Shown: piece by piece, positions 36,490 through 50,165 of the stretch | How positions within the stretch are numbered: position 1 is the first letter of the stretch | Layout of the letters: each line of letters starts with the position of its first letter | NCBI GenBank assembly: GCA_030390025.1 | Contig: CM059431.1 | Span: forward strand, 151,282,001 to 151,346,000 | Length of the DNA: 64,000 nucleotides | Direction: 5' to 3' | Source: Squalus acanthias | Lineage: Eukaryota | Translations under genes and position numbers: made by a program | The notes under the pieces: generated by a model | Told to the model about the DNA's origin: nothing | The model's input: only the letters and a program-made list of their open reading frames with translations | Database searches by the model: none

Positions 36490-38640
36490 GCTATCTTGAG
36501 TAAGATTGTTTAACTGCGGGAAGGCCAATTTCAGTGGGATCAGAACGGATCTGTCCCGCGTAAACTGGAATCATAGATTGGGAGACAAAACTGTCGTGGA
36601 ACAATGGGCTGCGTTTAAAGAGGAAATAGTTCGGGTACAGTCGAGGTACATTCCAACGAGGGAATAAAGTTAAGACAACTGAAGTCAGAGCTCCCTGGAC
36701 GATGAAGCAGATAGCCAATATGTTGAACCAAAATGAGAGCGTATATGACAGATTTCAGTTTGCAAATACAGCTGAGAATCAGGCTAAATATAGAAAGGTC
36801 AGAGGAGAAGTGAAAAAGAATATAAGAGGGGCTAAGTGAGGGTATGAGAACCGAATGGCATCCAACATAAAGTTAATCCAAAAGTCTTCTATAGGCATAT
36901 AAATAGTAAAAGGGTTGTAAGAAGAGGGGTGGGGCCGATTACGGACCAAAAATGACACGTATGTATGGTGACACAGTGTATGGTTGAGGTAGTAAATGGG
37001 TACTTTGCATCTGTCTTCACAACGAAGATGGAAGCTGCCATAGACATAGTGAAGAAGGAGGTAGTGGAGACCCTTGATATTATAAAAAATGATAAAGAAG
37101 AGGTATTAGAACGGCTGACTGTACTTAATGTAGATAAATTACCAGGAGCGGATGGGATGCATCATAGGATGCTGAGGGATTTGAGGGCGGAGAACTTGGA
37201 GGTACTGACATTAATATTCCAATCCTCCATAGATACGGGGGTGGTGCCAGAGTACTGGAGAATCGCAACTGTTACACCATTGTTCAAAAAAGTGTGAAAA
37301 GATAATACCAGCAACTACAGGCCAGTCAGTTTAACCTCGGTATTGGGGAAGCTTTTAGAAAAAGTAATCAGGGACAAAAATCACAGTCACTTGAATAGTT
37401 TTGGATTAACTATGGAAGTCATTAGGGATTTCTTAAAAGAAAATCGTGAATAACCAATTGATTGAGTTTTTTGATGTGGTAACAGAGAGGGCTGATGAGG
37501 GTAATGCAGTTGATGTGGTCTACATGGATTTCCAAACGGCGTTCGACAAAATGCCACATAATAGGTTCGCCTGCCATGTTGAAGCCCAGGGAATAAAAGG
37601 GACAGTGGCAGCATGGATACAAAATTGGCTAAGTGAGAGGAAGCAGAGAGTAGTGGTGAACAGTTGTTTTTCGGACTGGAGGAACGTATACAGTGGCGAA
37701 CACCAGGGGTCGATTCTAGGACCACTGGTTTACTTGATATATATTAATGACTTGGACGTGGGTGTACAGGGCACCATTTCAAAATTTGATGATGAAACAG
37801 AACAGAAAAGTATAGTGAACTATGAGCAGTAGAATGATAGACTTCAGGAAGACATAAACAGGCTGGTGAAATAGGCGGACACATGGCAGATGGAATTTAA
37901 TGCAGAAAACTCTGAAGGAATACATTTTGGTAGAACGTATGAGGAGAGGACATATAAACTAAATGGTACAATTCTAAAGGGGGTGTACGATCAAAGAGAC
38001 ATGGGCCTATATGTGTACAAATCGTTCAAGTCTTACGGGATCCTGGACTTCATAAATAGAAGTATATGGTACAAAAGTGTGGGAAATTAAGATGAACCTG
38101 TATACAACACTGGTTCGGACCCAAATGGAGTACTCTGACCAATTCTGGGTACCGCACTTTAGGAAGGATGTGAAGGCCTTAGAGAGTTTGCTGAAAAGAT
38201 TGACTAGAATGATTTCAGGAATGAGGGATTTCAGTTACGTTGTTAGACGGGTGAAGCTGTTTTATTTGGAGCAGAAGAGATTGAGAGGAGATTTGCTCAA
38301 AATTACGAGGTGTCTGGACAGAGTAGATACATAGAAACTGTTCCCATTGGCAGAAGGGTCGAGAACACAGATTTAAGGTGATTGGCAAAAGTACCAAAGG
38401 CGACGTAAGAGAAAACTTTTTTTATGCTGCGAGTGATTCAGATCCGAAATGCACTGCCTGAAAGATTGGTGGAAGCAGACTAAAACGTACCTTTCAAAAG
38501 GGAGTTGGATAAGTATCTGAAGGAAAAAAACAGGGATGTGGGGATAGGGCGGGGACTAGCTGAGACTCGGCATGGGCTCGACGTTCCGAATGCCTTTCCT
38601 CCATGCTTGTAAACATTGTATGACTCCATTCTATAATTCT
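36490..38640 (+). mobile_element. 5'-truncated CR1 family B (B unit 1)
   Basis: RT fragments at 36965-38334. Confidence 0.88.
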
Positions 38641-38762
38641 AACTTGCCTTGCCACCTTCAAAGATTAGTGTACATAACCCCCCGGCGGTGAGATTAAGGA
38701 AAAGGGCATTCAAATTGCGGACAAGGGATCAGATGAAGTTATAGGGATCAAAAATTGAGGAG

Positions 38763-40275
38763 TCATAGAATCATACAGCACAGAAAGAGGCCAGTCGGTC
38801 CATCGTGTCTGCGCCGGCCATCAAGCCCTGTCTATTTTAATCCCATTTTCCAGCCCTTGGTCCGTAGCCTTGTATGCTATGGCGTTTCAAGTGCTCATCT
38901 AAAGGCTTCTTGAATGTGTGAGGGTTTCTGCCTCTACCACCCTTTCAGGCAGTGAGTTCCGGATTCCAACCACCCTCTCGGTGGAAAATATTTTTCCTCA
39001 AATCCCCTCTAATCCTCCTGCCCCGGAACTTGAAACTATGCCCTCTGGTTATTGACCCATCTACTAAGGGGAAAAGTTCCTTTCTATCTACCCTTTCAAT
39101 GCCCCTCATAATTGTGTACACCTCAATCAGGTCCCCCTTCAGCCTTCTCTTCTCTAAGGAAAACAACGCCAGCCTGCCCAGTCTCTCTTCATAGCTGAAG
39201 CGCTGCAGCCCACGTAACATCCTGGTGAATCTCCTCTGCACCCTCTCCAATGCAATCACATCCTTCCTACAGTGTGGCGACCAGAACTGCACGCAGTATT
39301 CCAGCTGTGGCCTAACTAGCGTTTTGTACAGCTCCATCATAATCTCGCATCTCCTATATTCTGTGCCTCGGCTAAAGAAGGCAAGTATCACATAGGCTTT
39401 CTGAGCTAACTTATCTACCTGTCCTGCTGCCTTCAAGGATTTATGTACATGCACACCAATGTCCCTCTGATCCTCTGTCCTTCCTAGGTACCTACCATTC
39501 ATTGTGTATTCCCTTGCCTTGTTAGTCCTCCCAAAATGCATCACCTCACACTGTTCATGCTTATATTCCATTTGCCACTCTTCTGCCCATCTGAACAACC
39601 CGTTTATATCGTCCTGTAGCCTAAGGCTTCTCTCCTCGCTACTACCGCTTCACCAATGTTCGTGTCGTCTGCGACATTACTGATCTTACCTCCTACGTTC
39701 ATATCTAAATTATTAATGTACACTTCAAACAGCAAGGAACCCAGGACCGATCCCTGCAGTACACCACTGGCCACAGGCTTCCAGTCACAAAAACAACCTT
39801 CGAACATCACCCTCTGCCTCCTGCCACTAAGCCAATGCTGGATCCAATGTGCCAAATTGCCCGTGGATCCCATGAGCGTTTACCTTCTTGACCAGTCTCA
39901 CATGCGTGACTTTGTCAAAAGCCTTACTGAAGTCCATGTACACTACATCAACTGCAATACCCTCATCCGTAAACCTAGTCACCCCCTCGAAATATTCGAT
40001 CATATTGGTTAGACTTGATCTCCACCTGACAAAGCCCTGCTGACTATCCTTGATTAATCCTCGCCTCTCCAAATGGAGACTAATTCTGTCCATCAGAATA
40101 TTTTCCAATATTTTCCCGACCACTGATATTAGGCTCACTGGCCTTTAATTGCCTTGGTTTATCCCTACAACCCTTCTTGAATAATGGTACTATGTTAGCT
40201 GTCCTCCAGTCCGCTGGCACCTCCCCTGTGGCCAGAGACGTACTAAAATATTCTGCCAGAGCCCCTGCAATCTCC
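38763..40275 (-). mobile_element. 5'-truncated CR1 family C, inserted into the tRNA 5' flank
   Basis: Minus-strand RT ORFs at 38945-40138. Splits the flank at TTGAGGAGT / GGGATCA. Confidence 0.88.
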
Positions 40276-40516
40276 TGGGATCACATTGAAGAGAAGAGAC
40301 CAGATTCAGGAGAAAGGGTCATTTTAGTCCGGAGGAGACTCGGGGCAGGTTAATGGCTGTTCGTATGTTTGAGATAGAATTTGTTGAGAAGAGGTGTCGA
40401 GCTGAAGCAATGGGTTGACGGTGCTTGTGTTGAGAGGGCGGCTGAGGGCAGGAAGTGAAAGGAATGTAATTCCCCAGCACAGCTACTCAGTGTCGCTGCT
40501 TCATTTGCCCTTCAAA

Positions 40517-40588
40517 GCCCGGATTGCTCAGTCGGTAAAACATCAGACTTTAATTTGAAGGTCCAGCGTTCACGCCACTGTTTGGGGG
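40517..40588 (+). pseudogene. tRNA-Lys pseudogene
   Basis: GCCCGGATTGCTCAGTCGGTAAAACATCAGACTTTAATTTGAAGG.. with the same T-arm lesions as 36302. Confidence 0.9.
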
Positions 40589-40704
40589 CTTCTTTAATCA
40601 AAGTAAACAGCAATTTAAAGAGCCACAATAGTTTATAACCAATCACAATAAAGGTTTTAAATTTATAAATATTAATTTATTTTATTAAGTGGCTGGACAT
40701 GGAG

Positions 40705-43365
40705 CCATCTTGAATAAGAATGTTTAACTGCGGGAAGGCCAATTTCAGTCGTATCAGAACGGATCTGTCCCGGGTAAACTGGAATCATAGATTGGGAGAC
40801 AAAACTGCCGTGGAACAATGGACTGCGTTTAAAGAAGAAATAGTTCGGGAACAGTCGAGGTACATTCCCACGAGGGGGGAAAGGTAAGGCAACTAAATTC
40901 AGAGTTCACTGGATGACAATGCAAATAGCCAATATGTTGAACCATAATAAGAGCGCGTATGACAGATGTCAGTTTACAAATACAGCTGAGAATCAGGCTA
41001 AATATAGACAGATCAGATGTGAAGGGAAAAAGAAAATAAGAGGGGCAAAGTGAGGGTATGAGAAGCGAATGTAATCCAATATAAAGGTAATCCAAACGTC
41101 TTCTATATGCATATACATAGTAAAAGGGTAGTAAGAAGAGGGGTGGGGCCGATTAGAGACCAAAAAGGAGACCGACGCATGGAGGCAGAGTGAATGGTTG
41201 AGGTATTAAATGAGTACTTTGCTCTGTCATCACAACGAAGATGGAAGCTGCCATAGACATCGTGAAGGTGGAGGTAGTGGAGACACTTGATATTATAAAA
41301 ATTGATAAAGAAGATGTTTCAGAAAGGCTGTCTGTACGTAATGTAGATAAATTACCAGGAGCGGATGGGATGCATCATAGGATGCTGAAGGATTTGAGGG
41401 CGGAGAACGTGTAGGTACTGCCATTAATATTCCAATCCTCCATAGATACGGGGGTGGTGCCAGAGGACTGGTGAATCGCAAATGTTACACCATTGTTCAA
41501 AAAAGTGTGTAAAGTTTATCCCAGAAATTGCATGCCAGTCAGTTTAACCTCGGTAGTGAGGAAGATTTTTGAAAAAGTAATCAGGGACAATAAATCACAG
41601 TCACTTGGATAGGTATGGATTAATTATGGAAGTCAGCACGGATTTGTTAAAGGGAAATCGTGTTTAACCAATTGATCGAGTTTTTTGATGTGGTAACAGA
41701 GAGGGTTGATGAGGGTAACGCAGTTGATGTGCTCTACATGGATTTCCAAAAGGCGTTCGACAAAGTGGCACATAATAGGTTCGCCTGCAATGTTGAAACC
41801 CAGGGAATAAAAGTGACAGTGGCAGCATGGATACAAAATTGGCCGAGTGACAGGAAACAGAGAGTAGTGGTGAACAGTTGTTTTTCAGACTGGAGGAACG
41901 TATACAGTGGTGATCATCAGGTGTCGATTCTAGGGCCACTTGTTTACTTGATATATATTAATGACTTTGACGTGGATGTACAGGGCACAATTTCAAAATG
42001 TAATCATGAAACAAAATATGGAAGTATAGTGAGCAATGAGGAGGAGAGTGATAGACTTCAGGAAGACATAAACAGGGTGAAATGGGCGGACACATGGCAG
42101 ATGGAATTTAATGCAGAAAACTGTGAAGGATTACATTTTGGTAGAAAGTAAGGAGGGAATGCAGCGAAGATTCACCAGACTGATACCTGGGATGGCAGTA
42201 ATGAAGTTTGAAGGGAGATTGGGACGATTGGACTTGCATTCGCTAGAGTTTAGAAGAATGAGAGGGGATCTCTTGAAACTTATAAATTCTAACAGGACTA
42301 GACAGACTAGATGCAGGAAGGATGTTTCCGATGGCGGGGAGTCCAGAACCAGGGATCACATTCTAAGGATAAGGGGTAAGCCATTTAGGACTGAGATGAG
42401 CAGGAATGTCTTCACCCAGAGAGTGGTGAACCTGTGGAATTCTCTACCACAGAAGGCAGTTGAGGCCAATTCATTAAATATATTCAAGAAGGAGTTAGAT
42501 ATATTTCTTAATGCTAAAGGGACCAAGGGATATGGGGAGAAAGCAGGGACAACGATACTTAATTTGGATGATCAGCCATGATCGCATTGAATGGCGGAGC
42601 AGGCTCGAGGGGCCGAACGACCTATACTGCTCCTACCTTCTAAGTTTCTATGTTTCTATGAGGAGAGGACATATAAGCTAAATGATACAATCATAAAGTG
42701 GGTGTACGATCAGAGAGTCGTTGGGGTATATGTGTACAAATCGTTGAAGTCTTACGGGATCCTGGGCTTCATAAATAGAAGTACAAAAGTGTGGAATTTA
42801 TGATGAACCTGTATAAAACACTGTTTCGGCCCCAAATGGAGTACTGTGTCCAATTCTGGTCACCTCAATTTAGGAAGGATGTGAATGCCTTAGAGAGGTT
42901 GCTGAAAAGATTGACGAGAATGATTCAGGAATGAGGGATTTCAGTTACGTTGTTAGACGGGAGAAGCTGGGGTTGTTCTCCTTGGAGCAGAGAAGATTGA
43001 GAGGAGATTTGCTCAAAATCTTGTGGTGTCTGGACAGAGTAGATAGATAGAAACTGTTCCCATTGGCAGAAGGGTCGAGAACCAGAGGACACAGGCTTAT
43101 GGTGATTGGCAAAAGAACCAAAGTTGAAGTAAGAAAAAAACTTTTATGCCGCGAGTGATTTAGATTCGAAATGAACTGCCGGCAAGAGTGGTGGAGGCAG
43201 ACTCAATCCTACCTTTCAAAAGGGAGTTAGAAAAGTTATCTGAAGGAACAAAATCAGGGTTGTGGGGATAGGGCGGAGACTAGCTGTGAGTCGTCATGGG
43301 CTCGATGTGCCGGATGCCTTTCTTCCGTGCTTGTAGCCATTTTATTATTCCATTCTAAGATTCTA
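40705..43365 (+). mobile_element. CR1 family B (B unit 2)
   Basis: Paralog of 36490-38640. RT ORF at 41660-42151. Confidence 0.88.
42151..42659 (+). mobile_element. CR1 family A 3' fragment nested in CR1-B
   Basis: Matches ~7720-8222. The empty site GTATGAGGAGAGG is present at 37937. Confidence 0.88.
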
Positions 43366-43484
43366 ACTTGTCCTGCCACCTTCAAAGATTAGTGTAAATA
43401 ACCCCCTGGCGGTGAGATTAAGAAAAGGGGGTCAGATTGCGGACAAGGGATGAGATGCAGTTATAGGGATCCAAAATTGAGGAG

Positions 43485-45013
43485 TCATAGCGTCACAGAG
43501 TCAAAGAGTTATACAGCACAGAAAGAGCCTTTCGGCCCATCGTGTCTGCGCCGGCCATCAAGCCCTGTCTATTCTAAACCAATTTTCCAGCACTTGGTCC
43601 GTAGCCTTGTATGCTATGGCGTTTCAAGTGCTCATCTAAATGCTTCTTGAATGCTGTGAGGGTTCCTTCCTCTACGACGCTTTCAGGCAGTGAGTTCCAG
43701 ATTCCCACCACCCTCTGGGTGAAAAACTCTTTATTAAATCCCCTCTAAACCTCCTGCCCCATACCTTGAAACAATGCCCCCTGGTTATTGACCCCTCTAC
43801 TAAGGGGAAAAGTTCCTTTCTATCTACCCTATCTATGCCCCTCATAATTTTGTACACCTCAATCAGCTCCCCGCTCAGCCTTCTCTGCTTTAAGGAAAAC
43901 AAGCCCAGCCTAGCCAGTCTTTCTTCATAGCTGAAACGCTCCAGCCCAGGTAACATCCTGGTGAATCTCCTCTGCAACCTCTCCAATGCAACCATATCCT
44001 TCCTATAGTGTGGCGACCAGAACTGCACACAGTATTCCAGCTGTGGCCTAACTAGTATTTTGTACAGTTCTATCATAACCTCCCTGGTCTTATTTTCTAG
44101 GCCTCCGCTAAAGAAGGCAAGGTATCCCATATACTTTCTGTGTTAACTTGTCTACATGTCCTGCTGCCTTCAAGGATGTATGTACATGCACACCAATGTC
44201 CCTCTGATCCTCTGTCCTGCCTAGGGTCCTACCATTCATTGAGTATTCCCTTGCTTTTTTAGTCCTCGCAAAATCCATCACCTCACACATTTCAGGATTA
44301 TATTCCATTTGCCACTGTTCTGCGCATCTGATCAACGCGTCTATATCGTCCTGTAGACTGAGGCTTCCCACCTCGCTACTTAGCGCTCCACCAATGTAAT
44401 AGTGTCACCTGCGAACTTACTGATCATACCTCCTACATTCATATCTAAATCATTAATGTACACTATAAACAGCAAGGGACCCAGCACCTTTCACTGCAGT
44501 GCACCACTGGACACAGGCTTCCAATCAGAAAAACAACATTCGACCATCACCCTCTGCCCCCTGCCACTAAGCCAATTTTGGATCCAATGTACCAATTGCC
44601 CTGGATCCCATGTGCTCTTACCTTCTTGACCAGTCTCCCATGAGGGACATTGTCAAAAGCCTTACTGAAGTCCATGTGGACTACATCAACTGCACTACCC
44701 TCATCCTCAAACCTAGTCAGCCCCTCGAAAAATTCAATCACATTGGTTAGACATGATCTCCCCCTGACAAAGCCATGTTGACTATCCTTGATTAATCCTA
44801 GCCTCTCCAAGTGGAGACTAATTCTGGCCCTCAGAATGTTTTCCAATAATTTCACTACCACTGATATTAGGCTCAATGGCCCGTAATTCCCTGGTTTAAC
44901 CCGAATACCCTTCTTGTATAATGGTGCTACGCTAGCTGTCCTCCAGTCCGCTGCCAGCTCCCCTGTAGCCAGAGACGTTCTGAAAATTTCTATCAGAGCC
45001 CCTGCAATCTCCT
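43485..45013 (-). mobile_element. CR1 family C (B unit 2)
   Basis: Same junctions as 38763-40275. Confidence 0.88.
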
Positions 45014-45104
45014 GGGATCACAATGAAGAGAAGTGATCAGATTCAGGAGAAAGCTCATTTTAGTCGGGACAGGTTATTGGCTGTTCGTATGTTTCAGATA
45101 GAAT

Positions 45105-45848
45105 GGCCCAGAAATTGATCTCGCTCTGTTCCCGCGGGGGTAAGCCTTTCCCGCGATGTCTCACCTCGCTTATGCTTTTTCTGATCCAGCTCGCACGAAA
45201 TTGATGTTCCAGACATCAGCTGTGCTGGGCTTGCGTATCCCAGCGGCGTAGTTAATTCGTGCGAGCTGTGGGATCACGTGACTCAGTTAGAGCCAATGGC
45301 AGCACACCATCTTCCATTCATAAGTCTCACAGCATGGCTGAGAGACTTATGAATCTTACACCCCCCCAAAATAACAGCTAAACCTCAATTAAATTAAAAA
45401 AAAAACCCATCACATTAATAAAATAAGTATAGTTAATTAGATTAACCATTTTAAATAAAAAATTAAATTTTTGAAAAAATTTAAAATCTTTTAAAAAGTT
45501 ATAAAAATAAACTTACCTGTCTTTAAAGTCTATAAAAAAGATATACCTGTAAAAAAAAATTCAAAAAAATACTTAATTCACTACTTACCTTCTTAAAAGC
45601 GGGTCTTACTCCTCCTTTTTACATTTCCAAAATCTTCAGTACTTACCTGCGCGTCCAAAGCATGAAGTGCACAGCGTGCGCGCAGCCTGTAGCGCGCACG
45701 CGATGCACTCCGGCCCCGCCCCCTTTTCGGAAGAGCAATTGCCGGTTTTCAGCGCATGCGCAGGGCATGCAGAAAACCGGCAATTGGAGTGGGAATACGC
45801 GAGAGTATGCAGTGCGTACTCTCGCGTCCCGGGATCAATTTTCGGCCC
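45105..45848. mobile_element. 744-bp non-autonomous DNA transposon (MITE, possibly PIF/Harbinger-like)
   Basis: Imperfect 16-bp TIRs GGCCCAGAAATTGATC / GATCAATTTTCGGCCC (13/16). 3-bp TSD AAT. Empty site GATAGAATGTG in sister flanks. Confidence 0.85.
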
Positions 45849-45987
45849 AATGTGTTGAGAAGAGGTGTCGAGCTGAAGCAATGGGTTGACCGTGCGTGTG
45901 TTCAGAGGGCGGCTGAGGGCAGGAAGAGAAAGGAATGTAATTCCCTAGCCGAGCCACTCAGTGTCAATGCTTCATTTGCCCTTCAAA

Positions 45988-46060
45988 GCCCGGATTGCTC
46001 AATCGGTAAAACATCAGACTTCTAATCTGAAGGTCCAGCGTTCACGCCACTGTTTGGGGG
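45988..46060 (+). pseudogene. tRNA-Lys-derived pseudogene (anticodon mutated to TCT)
   Basis: TCAGA-CTTCTAA-TCTGA, with T-arm lesions shared with 36302 and 40517. Confidence 0.9.
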
Positions 46061-46177
46061 CTTCTTTATTTAAAGTAAACAGCAACTTAAAATGCCACAA
46101 TAGTTTATAACCGAACACAAAAAGAGTTTTAAATTTAAAAAAAATCAGTTATTTTATTAAGACAGCAGGACATGGAG

Positions 46178-48300
46178 CCATCTTGAGTAAGAATGTTTAA
46201 CTGCGGGAACGCCAATATCAGTGGGATCAGAACGGATCTGTCCCGGGTAAACTGGAATCATAGATTGGGATACAAAACTGTCGTGGAACAATGGGCTGCG
46301 TTTAAAGAGGAAATAGCTCGGATACAGTCGAGGTACATTCCCACGAGGGGGGAAAGTTAGGGCAAATAGCCAATTTGTTGAACCAAAATAATAGCGCGTA
46401 TGACAGATGTAAGTTTGCAAAGACAGCAGAGAATCAGACTAAATATAGAAAGAGCAGAGGTGAAGTGAAAACGAAAATAAGAGGCCCAATGTAATCGTAT
46501 GAGAACCGAATTGCATCCAACATAAAGGTAATCCAAAAGTCTTCCACAGGCATATCATTGTAAAAGGGTAGTAAGAAGAGGGGTGCGGCCGATTAGGTAC
46601 CAGAAAGGAGACTTATGCATGGTGACAGAGTTTATGGTTGAGGTAGTAAATTGTTACTTTGCATCTGTCTTCACAACGAAGATGGAAGCTGCCATAGACA
46701 TAGTGAAGGAGGAGGTAGTGGAGACACTTGATATTATACAAATTGATAAAGAAGAGGTATTAGATAGGCTGGCTGTAATTAATGTCGAGAAATTACCAGG
46801 AGCGGAGGGATGCATCATAGGATGCTGAGGGATTTGAGGGCTGAGAACTTGGAGGCACTGACATTAATATTCCAATCATCCATAGATACGGGGGTGGTGC
46901 AGAGAATTGTAGAATCGCAAATGTTTCACCATTGTTCATAAAAGGCTGCAAAGATAATCCCAGCATCTACAGGCCAGTAAGTTTAACCTCGGAATTGGGG
47001 AAGATTTTAGAAAAAGTAATCAGGGACAAAATTAACAGTCACTTGAATAGGTTTGGATTAATTATGGAAGTCAGCACGGATTTCTTGAAGGCAAATCGTG
47101 TTTAACCAATTGATCGAGATTTTTGATGTGGTAACAGAGAGGGTTGATGGGGGTGATGCAGTTGATGTGGTCTACATGGATTTCCAAAAGGCGTTCGACA
47201 AAGTGCCACATAATAGGTTCGCCTGCAATGTTGAACCCCTGGGAATAAAAGGGACAGTGGCAGCATGGATACAAAATTGGCTAAGTGACAGGAAACAGAG
47301 TAGTGGTGAACCGTTATTTTTCGGACTGCAGCAACGTATACAGTGTCGACCACCAGGGGTCGATTCTTTGACCAGTGCTTTTCTTGATATATATTAATGA
47401 CTTGGACGTGGGTGTACAGGGCACAATTTCAAAATTTGATGATGAAACAGAACTTGGAAGTATAACGAACAATGAGCAGGACACTGATATACTTCAGGAA
47501 GACATAAACAGGCTGGTGAAATAGGCGGACTCATGGCAGATTGAATTTAATGCAGAAAAGTGTGAAGGAATATATTTTGGTAGAAATTATGAGTAGAGGA
47601 CATGTAAACTAAATGGTACAATCCTAAAGGAGGTGTCCGATCAAAGAGACATGGGCGTATATGTGTACAAATCTTTCAATCTTACGGGATCCTGGGCTTC
47701 ATAAATAGAGGTATATGGTACAAAAGTGTGGAAATTATGATGAACCTGTATAAAACACTGGTTCGGACCCAAATGGAGTAATCTGTCCAAATCTGGGTAC
47801 CGCACTTTCGGAAGGATGTGAAGGCCTTAGAGAGGTTGCTGAAAAGATTGCCGAGAATGATTCCAGGAATGAGGGATTTCAGTTATGTTGTTAGACGGGA
47901 GAAGCTGTGTTTGTTCTCCTTAGGGAGAGAACATTGAGAGGAGATTTGCTCAAAATCACGAGGTGTCTGGACAGAGTAGATACATAGCAACTTTTCCCAT
48001 TGGCAGAAGGGTCGAGAACCAGGGGACATAGATTCAAGGTGATTGGCAAAAGTACCAAAGACGACGTAAGAGAAAACTTTTTTATGCCGCAAGTGATTAA
48101 TATCCGAAATGCATTGCGTGTACAATTGGTGGAGGCAGACTCAATCTTACCTTTCAAAAGGGAGTTGGATAAGTATCGGAAGGAAAAAATCAGGGTTGTG
48201 GGGATAGGGCGGGGATTAGCTGAGAGTCGGCACGGGCGCGACGGGCCGAAGCACTTTCTTCCGTGCTTGTAAACATTCTAAGATTCCATTCTCTGAATAT
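46178..48300 (+). mobile_element. CR1 family B (B unit 3)
   Basis: Paralog of 36490-38640. Confidence 0.88.
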
Positions 48301-48422
48301 TAACTTTTCCTGCCACCTTCAAAGATTAGTGTACATAACCCCCTGGACGTGAGATTAAGGAAAAGAGAGTCAGATTGCGGACAAGGAATGAGAAGGAGTG
48401 AAAGGGATCAAACATTGAGGAG

Positions 48423-49925
48423 TCATAGAGTCATACAGCACAGGAAGAGGCCCAACGTGTCTGCGCCGGCCATCAAGCCCTGTCTATTTTAATCCCATTT
48501 TCCAGCCCTTGGTCCGTAGCTTTGTATGCTATGCCGTTTCAAGTGCTCATCTAAATGCTTATTGAATGTTGTGAGGGTCCCTGCATCTACCACTCTTTCA
48601 GGTAGTGCGTTCCGGATTCCAACCAACGTCTGGGAGAAAATGTTTTTCCTCAAAACCCCTCTAAACCTCCTGCCCCTTACCTTGAAACTATGCCCACGGG
48701 TTACTGATCCCTCTACTAAGGGGAAAAGTTCCTTTCTATATACCCTTTCTATGCCACTCATAATTTTGTACACCTCAATCAGGTCCACCCTTGGCCTTCT
48801 CTGCTTCTAGAAAAACAACCCCAGCCTGTCCAGTCTCTCTTCATAGCTGAAACGCTCCAGCCCTGGTAACATACTGGTGAATCTCCTCTGCACCCTCTCC
48901 AATGCAATCACATCCCTCCTATAGTGTGGCGACCAGAACTGCACAAAGTATTCCAGCTGCTGCCTAACAAGTGTTTTGTACAGCTGTATCAAAACCTTCT
49001 TGCTCTTATATTCTATGCCTCGGCTAGTGAAGGCAAGTATCCCATATGCTTTCTTAATCACCTTATCTACCTATCCTGCTGCCTTCAGCGATGTATGTAC
49101 ATGCACACCAAGGTCCCTCTGATCCTCTGTCCTTCCTAGGGACCTACCATTCATTCAGTATTCCCTTGCCTTGTAAGTCCTCCCAAAATCCATCACATCA
49201 CACCTTTCAGAATTAAATTCCATTTGCCACTGTTCTGCCCATCTGACCAACGCGTCTATATCGTCCTGCAGCCTGAGGCTTCCCTCCTCGCTATTTACCA
49301 CTCCACAAATTTTCGTGTCATCTGCGAACATACGGATCATACCTCCTACATGCATATCGAAATCATTAACGTATACTACAAACAGCAAAGGACGCAGCAC
49401 CGATTCCTGCAGTACACCACTGGACACAGGCTTCCAGGCTCAAAAACAACCTTCGACCATCAACCCCTGTCTCCAGCTACTAAGCCAATTTTGGATCCAA
49501 ATTACCAAATTGCCCTGGATCCCATGGGCTCTTACCTTCTTGACCAGTCTCACATGCGGGACTTGTCAAAAGCCTTACGGAAGTCCATGTGGACTGCATC
49601 AACTGCTCTACCCTCATCCACAAACCTAGTCACACCATCGAAAAATGTAATCATATTGGTTAGACATGATCGCCCCCTGAAGAAGCCATGCTGACTATCC
49701 TTGATTAATCCTTGCCTCTCCAAGTGGAGACTAATTCTGTCCCTCAGAATTGTTTCCAATAATTTCCCGAACACTGATGTTAGGCTCACTGGACTGTAAT
49801 TCCCTGGTTCAACCCTACTTCCCTTCTTGAAAATGGTACTACATTAGTTGTACTCCAGTCATCTGGCACCTCCCCTGTGGCCAGAGAGGATCTGAAAATT
49901 TGTCTTAGAGCCCCTGCAATCACCT
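48423..49925 (-). mobile_element. CR1 family C (B unit 3)
   Basis: Same junctions as 38763-40275. Contains an MFADD motif. Confidence 0.88.
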
Positions 49926-50165
49926 GCGATCTCATTGAAGCGAAGCGATCAGATTCAGGGGAAAAGTGTAATTTTAGTCCAGAGGAACTCGGAGCAGGTT
50001 AATTGCTGTTAGTGTGTTTGAGATAGAATGTGTTGAGAAGAGGTGTCGAGCTGAAGCAATGAGGTGACGGTGCGTGTATTCAGAGGGCGGCTCTGGGCAG
50101 GAAGTGAAGGAAATGTAATTCCCAACCACAGCCACTCAGGGTCGATGTTTCATTTGCCATTCGAA

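Noticed and set aside
36490..40275. CR1 plus/minus pair as a twin-priming inversion or palindrome
   Set aside because: The two are different CR1 families, each with its own 3' tail, separated by cassette flank. They are independent insertions.
45636..46025. Overlapping Cys/Ala/Arg-rich ORFs as a transposase
   Set aside because: They arise from GC-rich palindromic MITE sequence and have no DDE-like motifs.
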